Position numbers and translations under genes: made by a program. A DNA stretch of 64,000 nucleotides, from assembly GCA_964270895.1 (NCBI GenBank), contig OZ185436.1. The stretch is one strand, 5' to 3'. Each line of letters begins with the position of its first letter. The first letter of the stretch is position 1. The notes under the pieces were generated by a model. The model worked only from the letters and a program-made list of their open reading frames with translations. It searched no databases and was not told where the DNA came from. Positions 1-23,776 of this stretch are shown here, one piece after another. This DNA comes from Podarcis filfolensis. Taxonomy: Eukaryota.

Positions 1-332
1 TAAAGTAATCACTAATGAAAAGGCAGACAAGGGTATAATATTGCAATGCCACAGAGTAAGAACATATATTCTAAGGGAAGTTTGCTTTCTCATTAATTGA
101 GAAATAGAAGTTCACAAATCACAACCCATAAATCAATTAAACTTTCTGTGAAAAATACTAACTTAATTGATGGAGGCATTCCCCCCTGTTTTAGATAGCC
201 ATCCCTCTATCAAAGGGGTATTCCTTTTGGAGACAGCTTTTAACTAGACATAGTTTAGCAAACGCTGACCCATAAAACCAGTGCAGGTGCACCCATGGAC
301 ACTGCTTTGGCAACCCATGGCTTCTTCTATGA

Positions 333-465
333 TAGATGGAGAACTTATTTCTCCCTAGATGTTGTTGGACTTGAAAACCCATCAGCACCAGCCAGCATGG
401 CTAGTGGTCAATATGGGAGTTGCAGCCCAGCAACATCTGGAGGGCCACACATTCCCCCCCCCCCC
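333..465. repeat. Short quasi-palindromic interspersed repeat (hAT-like MITE); further copies near 5270-5395, 11630-11737, 19085-19220 and 62430-62538
   Basis: Internal inverted motif AGATGTTGTTGGAC...CCCATCA ... TGGGAGTTG...CAACATCTGG seen in five degenerate copies. Confidence 0.55.
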
Positions 466-742
466 CGTTCTGTTATCTCCAAGGTCGTTGCTCTGTTGAC
501 CAAGCAGAAAACCATATATCTTTTATGATACCAGGCCTGCAAATCCCAAGGCTTCATACTCCTCTCCAGCTCAGAGGCTTCCAAAGTGGTGGACAAAATA
601 TTAATACAAAAGAAAAATACAATAAGAGCACAATAAATACAAGCAAACAATCAAAATCAGTATAAAATAGCAAAATAACCAAGTGCCCACCTACCACACT
701 GGGTAAACTATACATTTATGAGTTAAATTCATCTCTTAAAAA

Positions 743-888
743 AGCTCAGCTGTTTAGAACATGGTGCTGATAATGCCAGGGTTTTGCGAGTTTGGTCCCT
801 GTATGAGACAGCTGCATATTCTTGCATTGCAGGGAATTGGACTAGTTTATCCTCAGGGTCCCTTTCAACTCTACAGTTCTGTGATTCT
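743..888 (+). mobile_element. tRNA-head SINE with CR1-like 3' tail
   Basis: AGCTCAG...TAGAACATGGTGCTGATAA head; tail ggactag...ttcaactctacagttctgtgattct; related copies at 44051 and 55599. Confidence 0.6.
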
Positions 889-1979
889 GCAGCATTCTGC
901 CTCTCACGTAGTAACCAGCTTAGTTCACATCCCCTCTTCCCTGGGTAGCTCCAGTCTCTCATCTAGCAGCAAGTCAATCCACAAACAATCACCCCAGAGG
1001 CAGTGGCCTCACCTTCCATCATACCCTGAAGGAGCAATTCAAAGCATGTGGAAACTTTCCCCTAGAAAGAGTTACAGTTGTGGAAAAGTCCTTAACCTTG
1101 GGCAGAAGATTTGGCCAGCTAGACCCACCCATGAAGAACCCATCTAGAACTCACCATACCACATTCCCTTTTGTATCTAACAATAGCCTTTGGGCCAAAG
1201 TACCCACAGGCCTTAAATCTCAGCCTCTGAAGTTCCCAATTCAAGCCCCAGAATCTGTGATAGCATGTTGTTGGGAACAAACGCAAAACACACACCACTT
1301 CTTCTTTGGTGATCACTCGTAGCCAAGTAAGACTGCCTTCCATGAACACGGTCTTAACAGTGAGTCCGTAAGTGACACACACACAGGCCATGAGGCTGTC
1401 AGTCGAATGTGAATATTTCTATTTGATTAACAGCTTCCCTTTTAAGCAATCACTTAACAATTGAAATGGTAGAGCATTCTCTTTGAGTAAATTTTAATGA
1501 CAGTTTCTCTAAGCATAAATTACACAGACCAGCTACTCTAAAGCCCATTTTAAAAGCACTACCCGAATGAAGAAATGCATTGTGTGGGAGCTCAGATTAA
1601 AAATAACGATGATGACAATGATGATGAAAATCTGCATTTACCAAATGAATAGATCAATTGCACCAGTTAATCAAGAAATGTTTTCAAGCCCTTAGGAAAC
1701 ATTAGGAAGCAGCAATAGGAACATCATAACTGCACAGCAGGACCTCCCTTTGCTCTTTTTGTTGGCAAGCTTGCCTTTCTGCCAGTGTAGGATAGTTCTT
1801 TAAGTCATCCTGTAACAGTGGCAATCGTCTGCATTATAATGTTAAAAACTCAGCTCAGTGGGCTGGCTGGTAGACACGGCAGTAAATTGATGATTGGGTG
1901 CGTTCTCAGAGTTGCAGCATAGAAGCCTGCTTATGCAATCATTGAGGGATAGTGCTTTTCTTCAGACTATTCCACTTTA

Positions 1980-2230
1980 GGAGCCAGTGTGGTGTAGTGG
2001 TTAAGAGCGGTAGTCTCGTAATCTGGTGAACCGGGTTCGCTTCCCCGCTCCTCCACATGCAACTGCTGGGTGACCTTGGGCTAGTCATACTTTGAAGTTT
2101 CTCAGCCCCATTCACCTCACAGAGTGTTTGTTGTGGGGGAGGAAGGGAAAAGAGAATGTTAGCCGCTTTGAGACTCCTTCAGGTAGTGATAAAGCGGGAT
2201 ATCAAATCCAAACTCTTCTTCTCCTTCTTC
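1980..2230 (+). mobile_element. Full-length tRNA-derived SINE, Squam3-like (lacertid type) with (CTT)n tail
   Basis: A box TGGTGTAGTGG (1990-2000), B-box-like GGTTCGCTTCC (2034-2044), CORE-like body, CTT tail; family name from recalled consensus. Confidence 0.75.
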
Positions 2231-2611
2231 AGGCTGCAAGTGCAGGGGCTATATATTTCAATGCTTCTCCATAAAATAAATTCCATGTGCACAAAGATGC
2301 CCACATGTCTCAGAAGAAGACTGTCCTCCCGGACATTGTGTTTTTCTGTGCACAGGGAGTTTTTGTGGTGGAGCGAGCATTATTTGTGTACTAAAGTGAG
2401 ATAGTCTAGGAAAAGCGTTACCATGTGATTCTGGTGTCTAATCAATTGTCCCTAGGTTTAGAGTTGGAAATAGGAAATGCTTCCCCATCCCGGGTGTTTC
2501 TCACTCTTATGTCGCACAGACATGGCACAGTGTATTAATAGTTCAGCTCAAATATCTAAAAGGTTTTATGTTTCTTTGTTTTGTTTTGTTGTTTTACCTG
2601 TCTGCCTTTGA

Positions 2612-12872
<10,261 letters not shown>

Positions 12873-13223
12873 CAGGACAGCTGCTATATCTCACCAAAGG
12901 ACTAGTTACTTGGGTTCTTTTTTTAAAAAACCCACAAGCAATACCTGAATGTACTGTACTTTTCAAAACAGCATTTTAATTTTATTTTTTTGCGATACGG
13001 AATCAAAATGTTTCATATGCCTATGAGAACCAGAAAATTTAATTTTTATATTTTTAAAAATATTTTCTACATACAGAAGTATTTTTTTTACCTGACATCT
13101 TACTGAAAATGGATGTGAGTGTGTGTATGCATAGCACTTAACTGTATTCTTTTTATCTTATATAGCCAATTACAGCTAGCGATACAAAAGCACTGGCATT
13201 ATCCGTCCATTCATTTTTTGTTA

Positions 13224-13386
13224 AGTAAAATGAATCCATGAAATGCTGAGTTGTGGTGCTGTTTCCAGGATTAAGTTGATTTAAAAAACAAAACAAAAGC
13301 TGAAGCCCATTTTTCAACAACGTACCTCTAGCAGCAGTGTTTTAAAAATCAGGCAAAATGTGTGGGACTCCCCACCCCAGAATAAA
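13224..13386 (+). terminator. Candidate ABCC3 polyadenylation signals (AGTAAA 13224-13229; AATAAA 13381-13386)
   Basis: Hexamers follow an AU-rich 3'UTR; the first is followed by GU-rich gttgtggtgctgttt. Which one is used cannot be determined from sequence. Confidence 0.4.
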
Positions 13387-13748
13387 TACAGTGTACATGA
13401 GGAAATATATATTTTAAAAGCCCACATCTCCCATTCAGCCTGGGGCACTGCACACACAGAAGGGGACTTGCGCAGCTTTAGCTGGGTGGTTCTTCTCTTC
13501 AAACAGTTGAGGCCCAGTGCGTGGAGCCCTTATTTAAAAGCTAAAATCTTGATACCACTTCTGAAGCAGGACTGGTTACTGGTTGGCTGGGCCAAAAGTT
13601 GTACTTCCAGACACAGGACTACCAGAAATTTCTGGACTTATTCCGAGGGCTGCTCCTCATAAAGTACAGTAGTACATGTAGTAGTAAGATCAAAAAGTTA
13701 CCAGGGCATGTAGAATAGGAGCAAAGTTCCTTTTAAAAATCTCTAAGG

Positions 13749-14001
13749 AATGGGAAGGCAACCTAAGCCCCGGAGGCCGGATCCGGCCCAATCGCCTTCT
13801 AAATCCGGCCCGTGGACGGTCCGGGAATCAGCATGTTTTTAAATGAGTAGAATGTGTGCTTTTATTTAAAATGCATCTCTGGGTTATTTGTGGGGCATAG
13901 GAATTCTTTCATTATTCTTTTTTTAAAAATATAGTCTGGCCCCCCACAAGGTCTGAGGGACAGTGGACTGGCCCCCTGCTGAAAAAGTTTGCTGACACCT
14001 G
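13749..14001. mobile_element. hAT MITE, same family as 32788-33040
   Basis: Long stretches identical to the 32788 copy; partial TSD CTAAGG. Confidence 0.8.
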
Positions 14002-14143
14002 CTAAGGCAAAATATTCATTCAGAATTTTAACTTTCAGCCAGGACAGCAAATTTCTCATTACATAGAAAGCTTACAACAAGCACCCTTTTGAGAAAAATA
14101 TTTAAAAACAAACCAAAATCTCCCATTTTAAAAGCAACAAACT

Positions 14144-14149
14144 TTTATT
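14144..14149 (-). terminator. Minus-strand AATAAA with downstream U/GU-rich element (distal ANKRD40 site or orphan)
   Basis: Minus strand reads AATAAAagtttgttgcttttaaaatgggagattttggtttgttttt, preceded by about 400 nt of AU-rich sequence. Confidence 0.45.
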
Positions 14150-16049
14150 AATTGTAAAAAGGGCACAACATATAGGAAATAAGAAACTCAAACATAAATC
14201 ATTTGGTTAATTCTTCATTATAACCATGTTTTTTTTTTCAGTGTAGTAATGAAGTTCTGAATCCTTTATTTCCACTGATATCATAAAGTACCACACAGTT
14301 GTTATTAGGTTAATAATTTGGTTAGTAACACTAATAAAATCCTCTGTTATAAATTGCATAAGTTATACAATATAAAAATAATCCTCTGAGTGCATAGAAA
14401 GATGCCAGCAACTGTGCAGTATAATCAACAGACTTGTAATATGTTAATTAATACTATGGCTAATCAATAGAGCATGTCAATTTGTTTACCCACATACTAG
14501 ATACCTGTGGATGCCTGTGGATATCTGCTTCTCAATGAAAAGCCCAAAGGCATTTCAGCCACGATCCAGCAGTCTGGGGCACACCCACTGACTTCATATT
14601 GGATCGTGGCCTTCCTCTTCTAAGAACCTTGTTCCCAAGTCTTCTAGCACAAAAGCACATTTCCCTTCAAGCACTTCCAGAGAAGCTGACGGTGTGTGTT
14701 GATTTTAGGCACACACTTAAAATCAAAAGGGGATGGGGAGAATTGCCACCTTAAATATGTTGTGCAAATCCTGACCTGGCACCTGTCAGGAAATTTGGAT
14801 ACACTGGAACACGGTCCGTGGCAATATTTTCATTTATCTCAATGCATTAATTTTATGGCAGGACTGAATAAACCCTAACAAGGAGTCACAGCAATATAAT
14901 ATGCTGCCAATGGCTTTGTCTCCAGCACTTGGGTCAGGGGGCACATTTGGAATTTTTAGAAAGTGACATGGGTACTAGTCGCAACATGATCGCCGTGGGA
15001 ATGTGGCATAACACCAAGTGGCTGTTGCATCAAAAAGGGCATAACAAGTTTGGACCACAAAATGTTGCAGGGATGCCCCCTGCTCCATCTCCCCCATCAG
15101 TGGCTCCTATATCAGCCACCTCACTCACAGAATGAGCCACTCCTCTGTTCAGAATTGAAGAGAGGCAGGGTGTCCAATCTTGGAACTGAGTGAAATGTGG
15201 ACATGCTTAAGGGGGCGATGTTTAAATATAGGACAGGCTGATTCGGTGCAAATAGGGAACTGAGCAGGAAGAACAAACAGTCTTTCATGCATTGTGGATT
15301 TTTGAGGGAATATTTACTGAGAACTTTTGGGGACCCATAGGAGGTGTTGGCGGGTACAGCGGGGCCCACTAGTGCCACATTGGCAGCCTCTGACTTTGGC
15401 TGTACCACAAAAACAATGTGTTGCCACAGTGCTCCATTGAAAGTAAGCATTTTCTAAACCCTGTGCTAATGTTTTAAGGCCTACAGGAATTCAAAATTCA
15501 CATTCCAGGTGGCATTGGCCATGTCAGTGCATTAAGCCTTGGATCAGGCAGAGGGATATCTTAGCTCTCTACAATTAGGCAATGAAATGACTCATGACAA
15601 CCAAAAGCTTGCTTGCACTGTAAAGTTTCAGTGAGTCCTACGCTGGAATTGTTACCTTGAGACGGCACTGTGCGAGCATGTTAGACCCACGCTAACTATC
15701 CTGGATTGTCACAAAAGACTTTGTTTCCTCTGTGGAGCCGTGACCCGCGGTCACCAGGGATAATGAGCCTAAAGAGCTGAGTCTGGGTTTCTTGGCTCCT
15801 GCATGACTCAATTTGGCCACTGTTTAAAGGGATAAAGGAATTCAGAGGGCTGTCGTCAGCATAAGGTAGCTTAAATTTGTTAGCTATTAAACAGTTAAAT
15901 GTTTTAGTCAAATAACTGCTTTACCTGTCGGTTATAAATGCACTGAAATGTTATGGTATCTACCCAGGCATTTAGTGACAGTAATAGTTTTGCTTGGAAT
16001 AATTCAGGCAAACCATGTATTGTTTAGGCCTGGGTCTCTTGGAAAACTC

Positions 16050-17950
16050 ATACCACCACCTTCCCCCAGGCCCCACCTTTCTCTGGACCCTTGCTTGCTA
16101 TAATGTCTTCTTGAACTGTGCTTCTGCATTCATTGCACCACCCACTTTTGCCCCTGGCTCCTCCCACCATTGGTATGTGGCTCCCACAGAAGGGATTATG
16201 GCCCTCAGGCTGAAAAAAGCTGCTTTCCATTTGTGCAACCACTGGGTACAACCCATTAATCACAGTGAAGCTTTTAAGCCCTAGCTTAACAAGGACATGT
16301 GACCAGTGTGGGCCACCGAAGCTGAATGACATTAAATTCCTTTGTCAAAAGATCTGAGTTAAGGAGATGAAAAATATAGCATTTGAATAGTAAGCTACGG
16401 ATGAGTTATCTTGGGAACTACAGGACTGAGGAAGGGGCTTAATATGCTGCTAGATGCTCCGCTCAGAGTTTGCCCCTGGCAAATAATGCAAAGCAATAAT
16501 GACCCCCTTAGTGGCATCAATCTTTGCATCCCGTTGCGATAAATGGGTCTCTTGGAAAAGCAAAATAAGATCCAGGTTTCTGGAATTTGCAAGTGCACAG
16601 AACAGCACTTCTTTCCAGCCTAGCCCAGTTTAAAGCATCTAAAAAGAGCATGAAGGTCCATCACACCACCGGTCATCTGAAGGTAGCACATCTACTCAAA
16701 GTTACACAAAGTAGGTGTGGCTTAGCCCTCCTCAACCCTAGTCTATTTCCTACCTAACATCTGAAGCTGTCGTCTTTCCTAGCTTCACCTCCATGACTTT
16801 CCATGTGTCTTTACTAACCTTCATCTTCCATTGTTTCCTGTGATTCCCCCTCAAAAAAACCCGTTTTCTGTCCTTTGATTCTTCTGTCTCCAGTTTTCCT
16901 CCTGCTTCCCTCTCTTTTCCAGTAGATTTTTCTTTTCTTTTCCCTTTTTCCCCTCCAGTCGCTGCCATCTATTCACCTGGCTACTGCCAATTTCCCTTTC
17001 CAGCCACAGCTTCCTGGCCTCAGCCACTTGTTCATTCTCCCTGGCCACAGCCACTTGCTCTCCCTGGCCACAGCTGCTTGCTCTCCCAACCCTGTTGTTT
17101 ATTTTTTGTGGTCCTCAGCTGCCAATGTCTGCCTTCCCCAGCCGCTGCAGTCTGTCTCTCCTCCATGCCAAAGTTCACCTCATCAGGTCACTTTAGTTTG
17201 TGCCATTTCTTTAGTCCTGGCCACCTAAACATCCTCCTCCATTGGTTCTCATCCTTTTCTACAGTGTCTTCTGAAAGGACCTGCTCTGTCAGATCCTTTT
17301 GTAGTCCATCGCTTTTCCTCAACCCCCCAAAAGGTTTTGCATCTTTCACATGGAGAAGGGAATATTGGTTCCTTACCTGAAGGACACTTCTCTGAGATGA
17401 AGTTCCATCACAGCCTTCTCTCCCTATCGATATGCTTCTGAGTGGCTACCTAATCCATGGAAGGGTTTCCTCCGTGTTTGCTTCAATTATCTTGCTTGCA
17501 TTCTTCCAATATGTTCCTCCAATATTTTCTGTTAAGACCATTTATATGCACTCTCCTGTTATTTTCTTGAAGAAGCAGTTTGTAGCAGCTTGTCCTCTGT
17601 GCATTTTTCTTCTCTGAGCTTGAGGAGGACTATGGCACACCTACTACTTGCAATTCTGAGTGCATTTCTGGCGTTTGGATAACCGGTGGCGCTACAATCC
17701 ACGTGATGGACCTTCATTCCAGAAAAATGACCTTTCCCTCTAGAGCACATCTGGTGGAGGGGAGTGGGGAAAGTCCCATTCAGCAAGTGGAAGTTGCTGA
17801 ATACCACCCATTCCAAGTGCATTACTGTGGGCATAAATTTCCCTTCAAAGCTGCTCATAATTCTGTAATATCGGTCAGGGCCGTTGCTTAGAAAGCCATG
17901 GCTCGAAGCTAGGGTTACAGAGCACATGAGCGTTTGCCCCAATCTGAAGC
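16050..17950 (-). mobile_element. Highly decayed L1/Tx1-like LINE 5' portion (ORF1 remnant plus start of the APE endonuclease)
   Basis: Minus strand near 16590-16530 reads WKEVLFCALANSRNLDLILLFQETHL (APE-like DI..LQETH), then GVIIAL and HVLVKLGLKSFTVINGLYP; upstream is purine-rich K/E/R-coding sequence with RRVHINGL. Confidence 0.45.
17010..17087. repeat. Degenerate 23-bp tandem repeat, about 3.5 copies (CTCTCCCTGGCCACAGCCACTTG)
   Basis: Units at 17035-17057 and 17058-17080 plus partial flanking units. Confidence 0.7.
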
Positions 17951-18122
17951 TTAGGAGCCTGACATGGGGGCACTGAAATCAGCAGCTGAATATTTTTCTG
18001 TTAATTAATTCATCTAGCTGGGTAGTCCAACTAACTTGAAGCACATACTCAATTGTGCTGCAGTTAGAGTAACTGAGATCCCTTCACTAGTACACATAAT
18101 CCTAAAACTAGGTATATTATAT

Positions 18123-18128
18123 TTTATT
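18123..18128 (-). terminator. Candidate ANKRD40 proximal polyadenylation signal AATAAA
   Basis: tttatt on + strand, about 1.7 kb after the stop; modest U/GU-rich sequence downstream on the minus strand. Confidence 0.35.
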
Positions 18129-18475
18129 CAAAAATGTTATGTTCCATGCTTTTCCAATTCTAGGACTTGACAGCAGACTATTTATACAGAAAGTGAACTA
18201 GCAAGAAGATGAAAAGCTGGGCATGCCTATATGAGATGCAAGCAAGTCTGTCAGAGATGCATAGAAATGCCAAGATTTCCTTACTAATTTATCTTGGTAT
18301 TAAAAATATTTTTTGCTATTTAAAATGCTACAAGATTACTTTCCTTTAAATAGTTAATAGTTTCAAGATCAGAGGATAATTAGGATAAGAGGCTAAGGGG
18401 GGTTGTGCTCGTTTCATGTGTGGCATCAGGAGTGAAGTTGCATTCTTAATCATCATTCTGGAAGCCTCTCACTCC

Positions 18476-18520
<45 letters not shown>
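18476..18520. repeat. (AAT)15 microsatellite
   Basis: Direct observation. Confidence 0.97.
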
Positions 18521-18521
<1 letters not shown>

Positions 18522-19814
18522 TCCCCAGCCATCAACAGATACTACCAGCCATTCTGTATTGTTTACTGGCAAGCAATAATAAGTTAGACACACACCCTAA
18601 CGGTTTCGGTCAACATATTTACAGCTTGGGTTAACACGGTAAATATGTTCAAATATCTGACCTGAGCACCATCTTGAAGAAATCACAGCTGATTTCGCCA
18701 CTTGGTGACGGTTTTAACTCAGCAAAATAAAGTGTCAGAAGTCTTAAGCCTTCCTCCCCAAAGGAATGGGCATCTGGACCTGACTGGTCCAGTCTCCCAG
18801 GCCACAATGTACCACTGGGAGGAGATGGAATGGGGAGGAGAGTCGTTCCCTGCTTGTCAGTTCCAAACTGTACAGACCTCTCCCCTTGCGGAAGCTTACA
18901 GGTGGTTTGTCCCATTAGTAGCAGTGAGGCTAGAGGGACCATCTCAGGCTACTGTTCTGCCTCTAACAACCCTGACATTCCTCGTGACATGCGTAAGTGG
19001 TGAGATATATCCCACTTCCGTTTTGCAACATGCCATTCTCCAAAGGATGCTGTATTAGCATTAGTTTGAAACACTTCGCCAGAGTGACTAACCTGTGACC
19101 CTCCAGATACTCTTGGACTCCAAATCCCATCAGTCCAAGCTAGGTAAGTCAATAGGCAGGGGTGATGGGAACTGAAGTCCAACAACAACTGCAGAGCCAC
19201 AGGACAACAGCTCCTGCACAAGGTCAGTGTAACTATTGTTTGAGAGCCCAGGTTTCTCATTCTTCCTCTTACCCCTTCTCCTGCAAAAGTAGCTTATTCT
19301 CAAGCTAACACATTTGAACACTGGTTATACTAGGAGTCTCTGCATGCTAAGTATCCAATTACAAGTGTTAAATGTGTTCCAGGTTCTCTCCTTCAACGTA
19401 AGTGGTCCTGCTCTTTTTAATAAGTAGCAATTATTAGAGCAATTTAATTTAAGTCTTTCCCTGAGAGCTTCTAACTCTGCAGTGTTCAGAGAGATGTAAT
19501 GATTTCCTAGCAAGAAACACTGCTGCATGAAGAGAGAGGCAATAATCTGTTGCTGCTTAGTATCCTATCCAAAAACATTACTTCACTGCCAGTTTACTCA
19601 AAAATTAACTGCAGATACTCTAAGTGGACATTCTAATCCTACAGACACTTAAGTAGGAACAAGCCCAAATGTTTTCGGCAGAACTTGCTTCCAAGTAAGT
19701 GTGCTTTATAGGTTAACTCTGTCTTCCAAGGTAAAGTAGAATCTGAGGTTATAGCCCTTGCAAAATCCTAGGTTTAACTGTTAAATACTAGTGACAGGTT
19801 TTTCATTTGAATAG

Positions 19815-19961
19815 CTAGTAAGTCAACTTTGATGCTTTCTTATTGTAACAAGGCCTTTCAGTTAACGTTGGTGCAGCATTTCTAAACAGAAAGTCATTAT
19901 CACTCATCGTCAAAACCAGCTCCAGTTCTTGGAAATCCTGAAGCCTTGATACATCTTTGTC
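19815..19961 (-). CDS. ANKRD40: ANKRD40 exon 5 (DKDVSRLQDFQELEL...SKLTY*)
   Basis: ttcag|GAC...TAC TAG, 147 nt. Confidence 0.95.
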   Translation of the reverse strand, partial: DKDVSRLQDFQELELVLTMSDNDFLFRNAAPTLTERPCYNKKASKLTY

Positions 19962-22900
19962 CTGAAAGAAATAAACACAATAAATTAAAAACAATGTCTA
20001 TACTAATATGAGGCATGCTAGTCCAAATGATGCGACGATTTCGGCTCACCTTTGTGCTGCGCTACATCTTGCATATTTAATTTTGATGTTCCAACGGACT
20101 GCAGGAAAGAGAAACTGGACAACAGGATCCACGCCATTGTCTGGGCTGAGAGACCAGTTGTCCTTTTGGTTCCTCTCCTCCCTGAACTGTTTTCATTCAA
20201 GCTGATCATTATTAAGAACTTCGTTAACTTTAAGAAATGGTGTTTGAGTTTGCATGCTCTGCCCTTCCCATCCCCATTTCCTTTTCTGCTGTGTCTTTTA
20301 GACTGTAAGCCTACCTTCCTTTTAATCTGTACACAGCACATAGTAGATTTTAACGGATGAACTCAACATAGCACTAAGCAGGTTGTTTCAAACAGATATA
20401 CTTGTGCTGACAGAGAAATCTGCCCTCTCCTCTGCTGGCATGCTGTTTCAGGTGTTCTCCCAACATCCCCTGCCTATTTGTGGGGTTGTGGGGAGTGCAG
20501 ATGGGGGGAAAGCCTTGCTGTGCTAGCAGAAGTACTTGTAGGGGTTCTGGTGATAGGACTCGTTAGCCGTGTTTTATAAATGATTACTGTTGATGACAGA
20601 TCCAGAGCAATTTAGTTGCAGTTGTCCCATTGAAACCAGTGTGAAAAATCAGTCACAGTTGCTACTGCAATCAACGAGAGTTATCTTCAACAAACAGTTT
20701 GGATCCAACCCAATGTTTTATTCTTGGACCTATGGCCTGTGTTCTTCCATGTGTTCTTGCCAGCCTATGCTCTGTGAGGGTCTTTACATGGAGATTGCTA
20801 AGAGATTAAGAAATTTCTTATGCTATAGCTTGAGTCTTCTAGAAATACAGCAAACCAAAGGGTTGCCACTTTTAATGCTGCAAAAATGGATTTTCAGACT
20901 ATCAGTGCAAACTTATGCATGCTTTCTCAGAAATAAATATTATGGTACACATTGAAACTTACTTACAGGCAGGTGTGCATAGGATTACAGCCTTAGTTTG
21001 CCAGAGAGACGTGAGCTCAAACAGAGTACAACAGGGAGTTAATGCTTGTGGGCAGCTATTGTTCAAGTGAAGACTTTACTTTCTATCCAAATCTATTTGC
21101 ATTAAATAGGAGAAAGTGTGCCTTCTCCAACTATGTTGTTATCAGCATGTGTGAAGGAGAATGAGTGCATAATTTGTGCTATATCCTTGCCACAGAGTGT
21201 GAATATTATTATTATTTTATATTATTCTATGTACACCACTCACTTTTTTAAAAATTGAACTGTTCAAAAAGTTTTCTAAACAGATAAATGAAAAGTTCCC
21301 TCTAGACACCTGGAATGAATTTTGCTTTTTAAAAAAAAAGTCTAAAATGCCTATTCTGACAATGTTGCTTGCTGGCAAAGTACTTTGAACCAGCTAAGGG
21401 TTATCAATATGAATGCAGTTCCCCTCCTGTTGGGACTCCATATATGTTGTCCTATCAGGAAATCAGTGAGAATGCCAATCAGGTGTTCCAGAGGAGGCAA
21501 TGGGGGCTAGAGTTGATTGATTTGACCAGGGCTACATCTGCATAACTGGATTGGGAGCCAGAGCCTTTAAGAGGATTTGTGCTCCAATTCAGTTCAGCTT
21601 GGCTAGAGCAACTGAGAGCACAGGTATTTGAAACATCTATATCAACAAAATTAAGTCCACCATGCCATGCTACAAAAATAAAGCAGACAGTACCACATTG
21701 TAAAATGGGGGGAAAGGCAGTGCTTCCTATTTAATCACCTAGCACTAAAGTGGATCACAGCTGGTTTAAACTGACCAGCGGGCCGGATTAGGCCCCCGAA
21801 ATGGACTTTGGACATGCCTGGGTTATGGTGACTAGTGAATAGCACGGGAATATCTTGACCTTGTATTATTTGCACAGGAAAAGTCCATTCAATCATGATG
21901 AGGAGGACAGGCAGAGATTCCAATTCTAAGAGGGCTTTTTCTTTTTAAGCATCTCTTTTCAGAAGGCGTTCTTTATTTAAAACATAAGGTTTAAAACTAC
22001 AGATATGAAACGTTCACAAGGGATTGGATGCTTATGAAGGCTGCTGTGGGCAACATGTGTACTACAGGATAGTCCCACTGACGTCAAGAAATGTTGGTGT
22101 AAGAACAGTAGTGTCCGTAAATGCAGGTTGGAGGAAGATGATACCGTTATAATTACCCTGAACATAGTATGAAGGCTTGAATAATCATAAATTATAATAA
22201 ATATCTGAAGGAATGGGTCTTGGTTATTAGCTGCCAATATTTTTGAGAAAATGAAAGCCAGCCTGGGTTATTACTCCAGCAGGATAATTGGCTTTAGTAA
22301 AAGGAACCAAATGGATAAAATATCTCAATTCCAGCAGGGCTTTTGATAATGTTCCATATGCTACTCTTACAAGTAAATTGGAGAAGGGTGAATTGGAACA
22401 TGCTGCCATGAGGCAGGTGTACTTTTGGCTGGGAAGCTACACACAAGATGTTCCAGCATGCTGTGGATTTCAGCCAGAGTAGCTATTAGTGGATTGCTAT
22501 TGTTTGAATTGGGGAGCTAAATGACATTCCACAGGGATCTGCCCTGGACCAGCACTAGTGAGCATTTTTATTAACAGCTTGGAAAAAGCAATGATGAGTG
22601 CGCTAAGATTTTACAATCTGAACTGCAAACACAACAGAGGGGAAATCAGCACACTTAACTCAAAGCAAATGTTTATGTGGGGTGGAGCACCCAAAACAAA
22701 AAAACCTAGGAAAAGAGTGAGCGAGCTGGGCATTCGGACTGCAACAGGAGATACTACAGCAGATACTACAGCTGGTAGGCAAGAAGACTAGTCATGTGTG
22801 TGGCTACAACAGCTCGCCATTAGCTAGCATGGAGCTGATGTGCAAATAAGTTATTGTATGGAAGACAGGAAAAACCTAAACTATTCTGACCTGCAAATTC

Positions 22901-23715
22901 TGAAGTTAGCATCTTGTACTGGCCTCAGGGAGAATCCAGGGAGACAACTCAATTCCTTGAATTGTCAAGATTCTAACATGCATGGCACACCAAGCATCAC
23001 ATGGCCATCTGTCAGGGATGCTATAGCTGCATCCAGCACGTTGAGGTTGGACCAGAAACGTCCAAGTTTCCTTCCAACTCTAAACTCTAGGATGCTTTGA
23101 ATCCATGTGGTTTACAGACTGTGTGTGTTGCCCAGTCCTAACCTTTGGGTTATACTAAACTGCAACTGCAAAAGGAATCAGAAGCTGGTATAACCAATGT
23201 CAGAGATACAGAAGCAGTGATGCTGAATAACTTTGGGCCCAATTTCAGCTCTCAGGTATGCAGCTGAAAGCCATTGGCCCAAATCTAGATGTAGCTATGT
23301 GCAAAACCTACTTAAATAAGAACCTCAGAAAGAAAAGTCACACATAGTGGCCTCAGAAGTTGTATCAGGACAGCATTTCCATTACATTACTTGGGGATGG
23401 AAAACCCTTATATTCACCTGAGCAGGGGCAAATGAGAATATATAGATTGTGTGCATTTGGATGTGTATGTTTCTCCAACCCTTTGAATATCTATACCTAC
23501 ATCTGATAACAGGAACTTCCAGTATCAAACTACACAGATGGTAAATCCTCTTGCACATAACATGCAACATGCAGTGAAGGTTTGCACATGGCTTGCTGCC
23601 ATTCTGCACACACAAAGCTCCCTCCTGCATGGACTGAAATTTTAAAAAGACCTGGAGTGGGAACACAGTTGTCCTACTCATTAGCAATGAAATGCAACCA
23701 AAACTTCAACATAGC

Positions 23716-23776
<61 letters not shown>

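Noticed and set aside
1980-2050. tRNA genes at A/B-box-bearing sequences (also 743, 50894, 55599, 61950)
   Set aside because: All continue into SINE bodies or tails and lack a complete cloverleaf
15588-15810. Two AP-1 sites (TGACTCA) 216 bp apart as an ABCC3 enhancer or antioxidant response element
   Set aside because: Neither has the GC needed for an ARE, and two 7-mers alone are not distinguishable from chance
15650-17408. Hidden minus-strand gene between ABCC3 and ANKRD40 (ATG 17408 with donor 17376; donors near 15925 and 15655)
   Set aside because: No exon chain kept a frame or acceptable intron sizes, and much of the region is better explained as an L1 remnant
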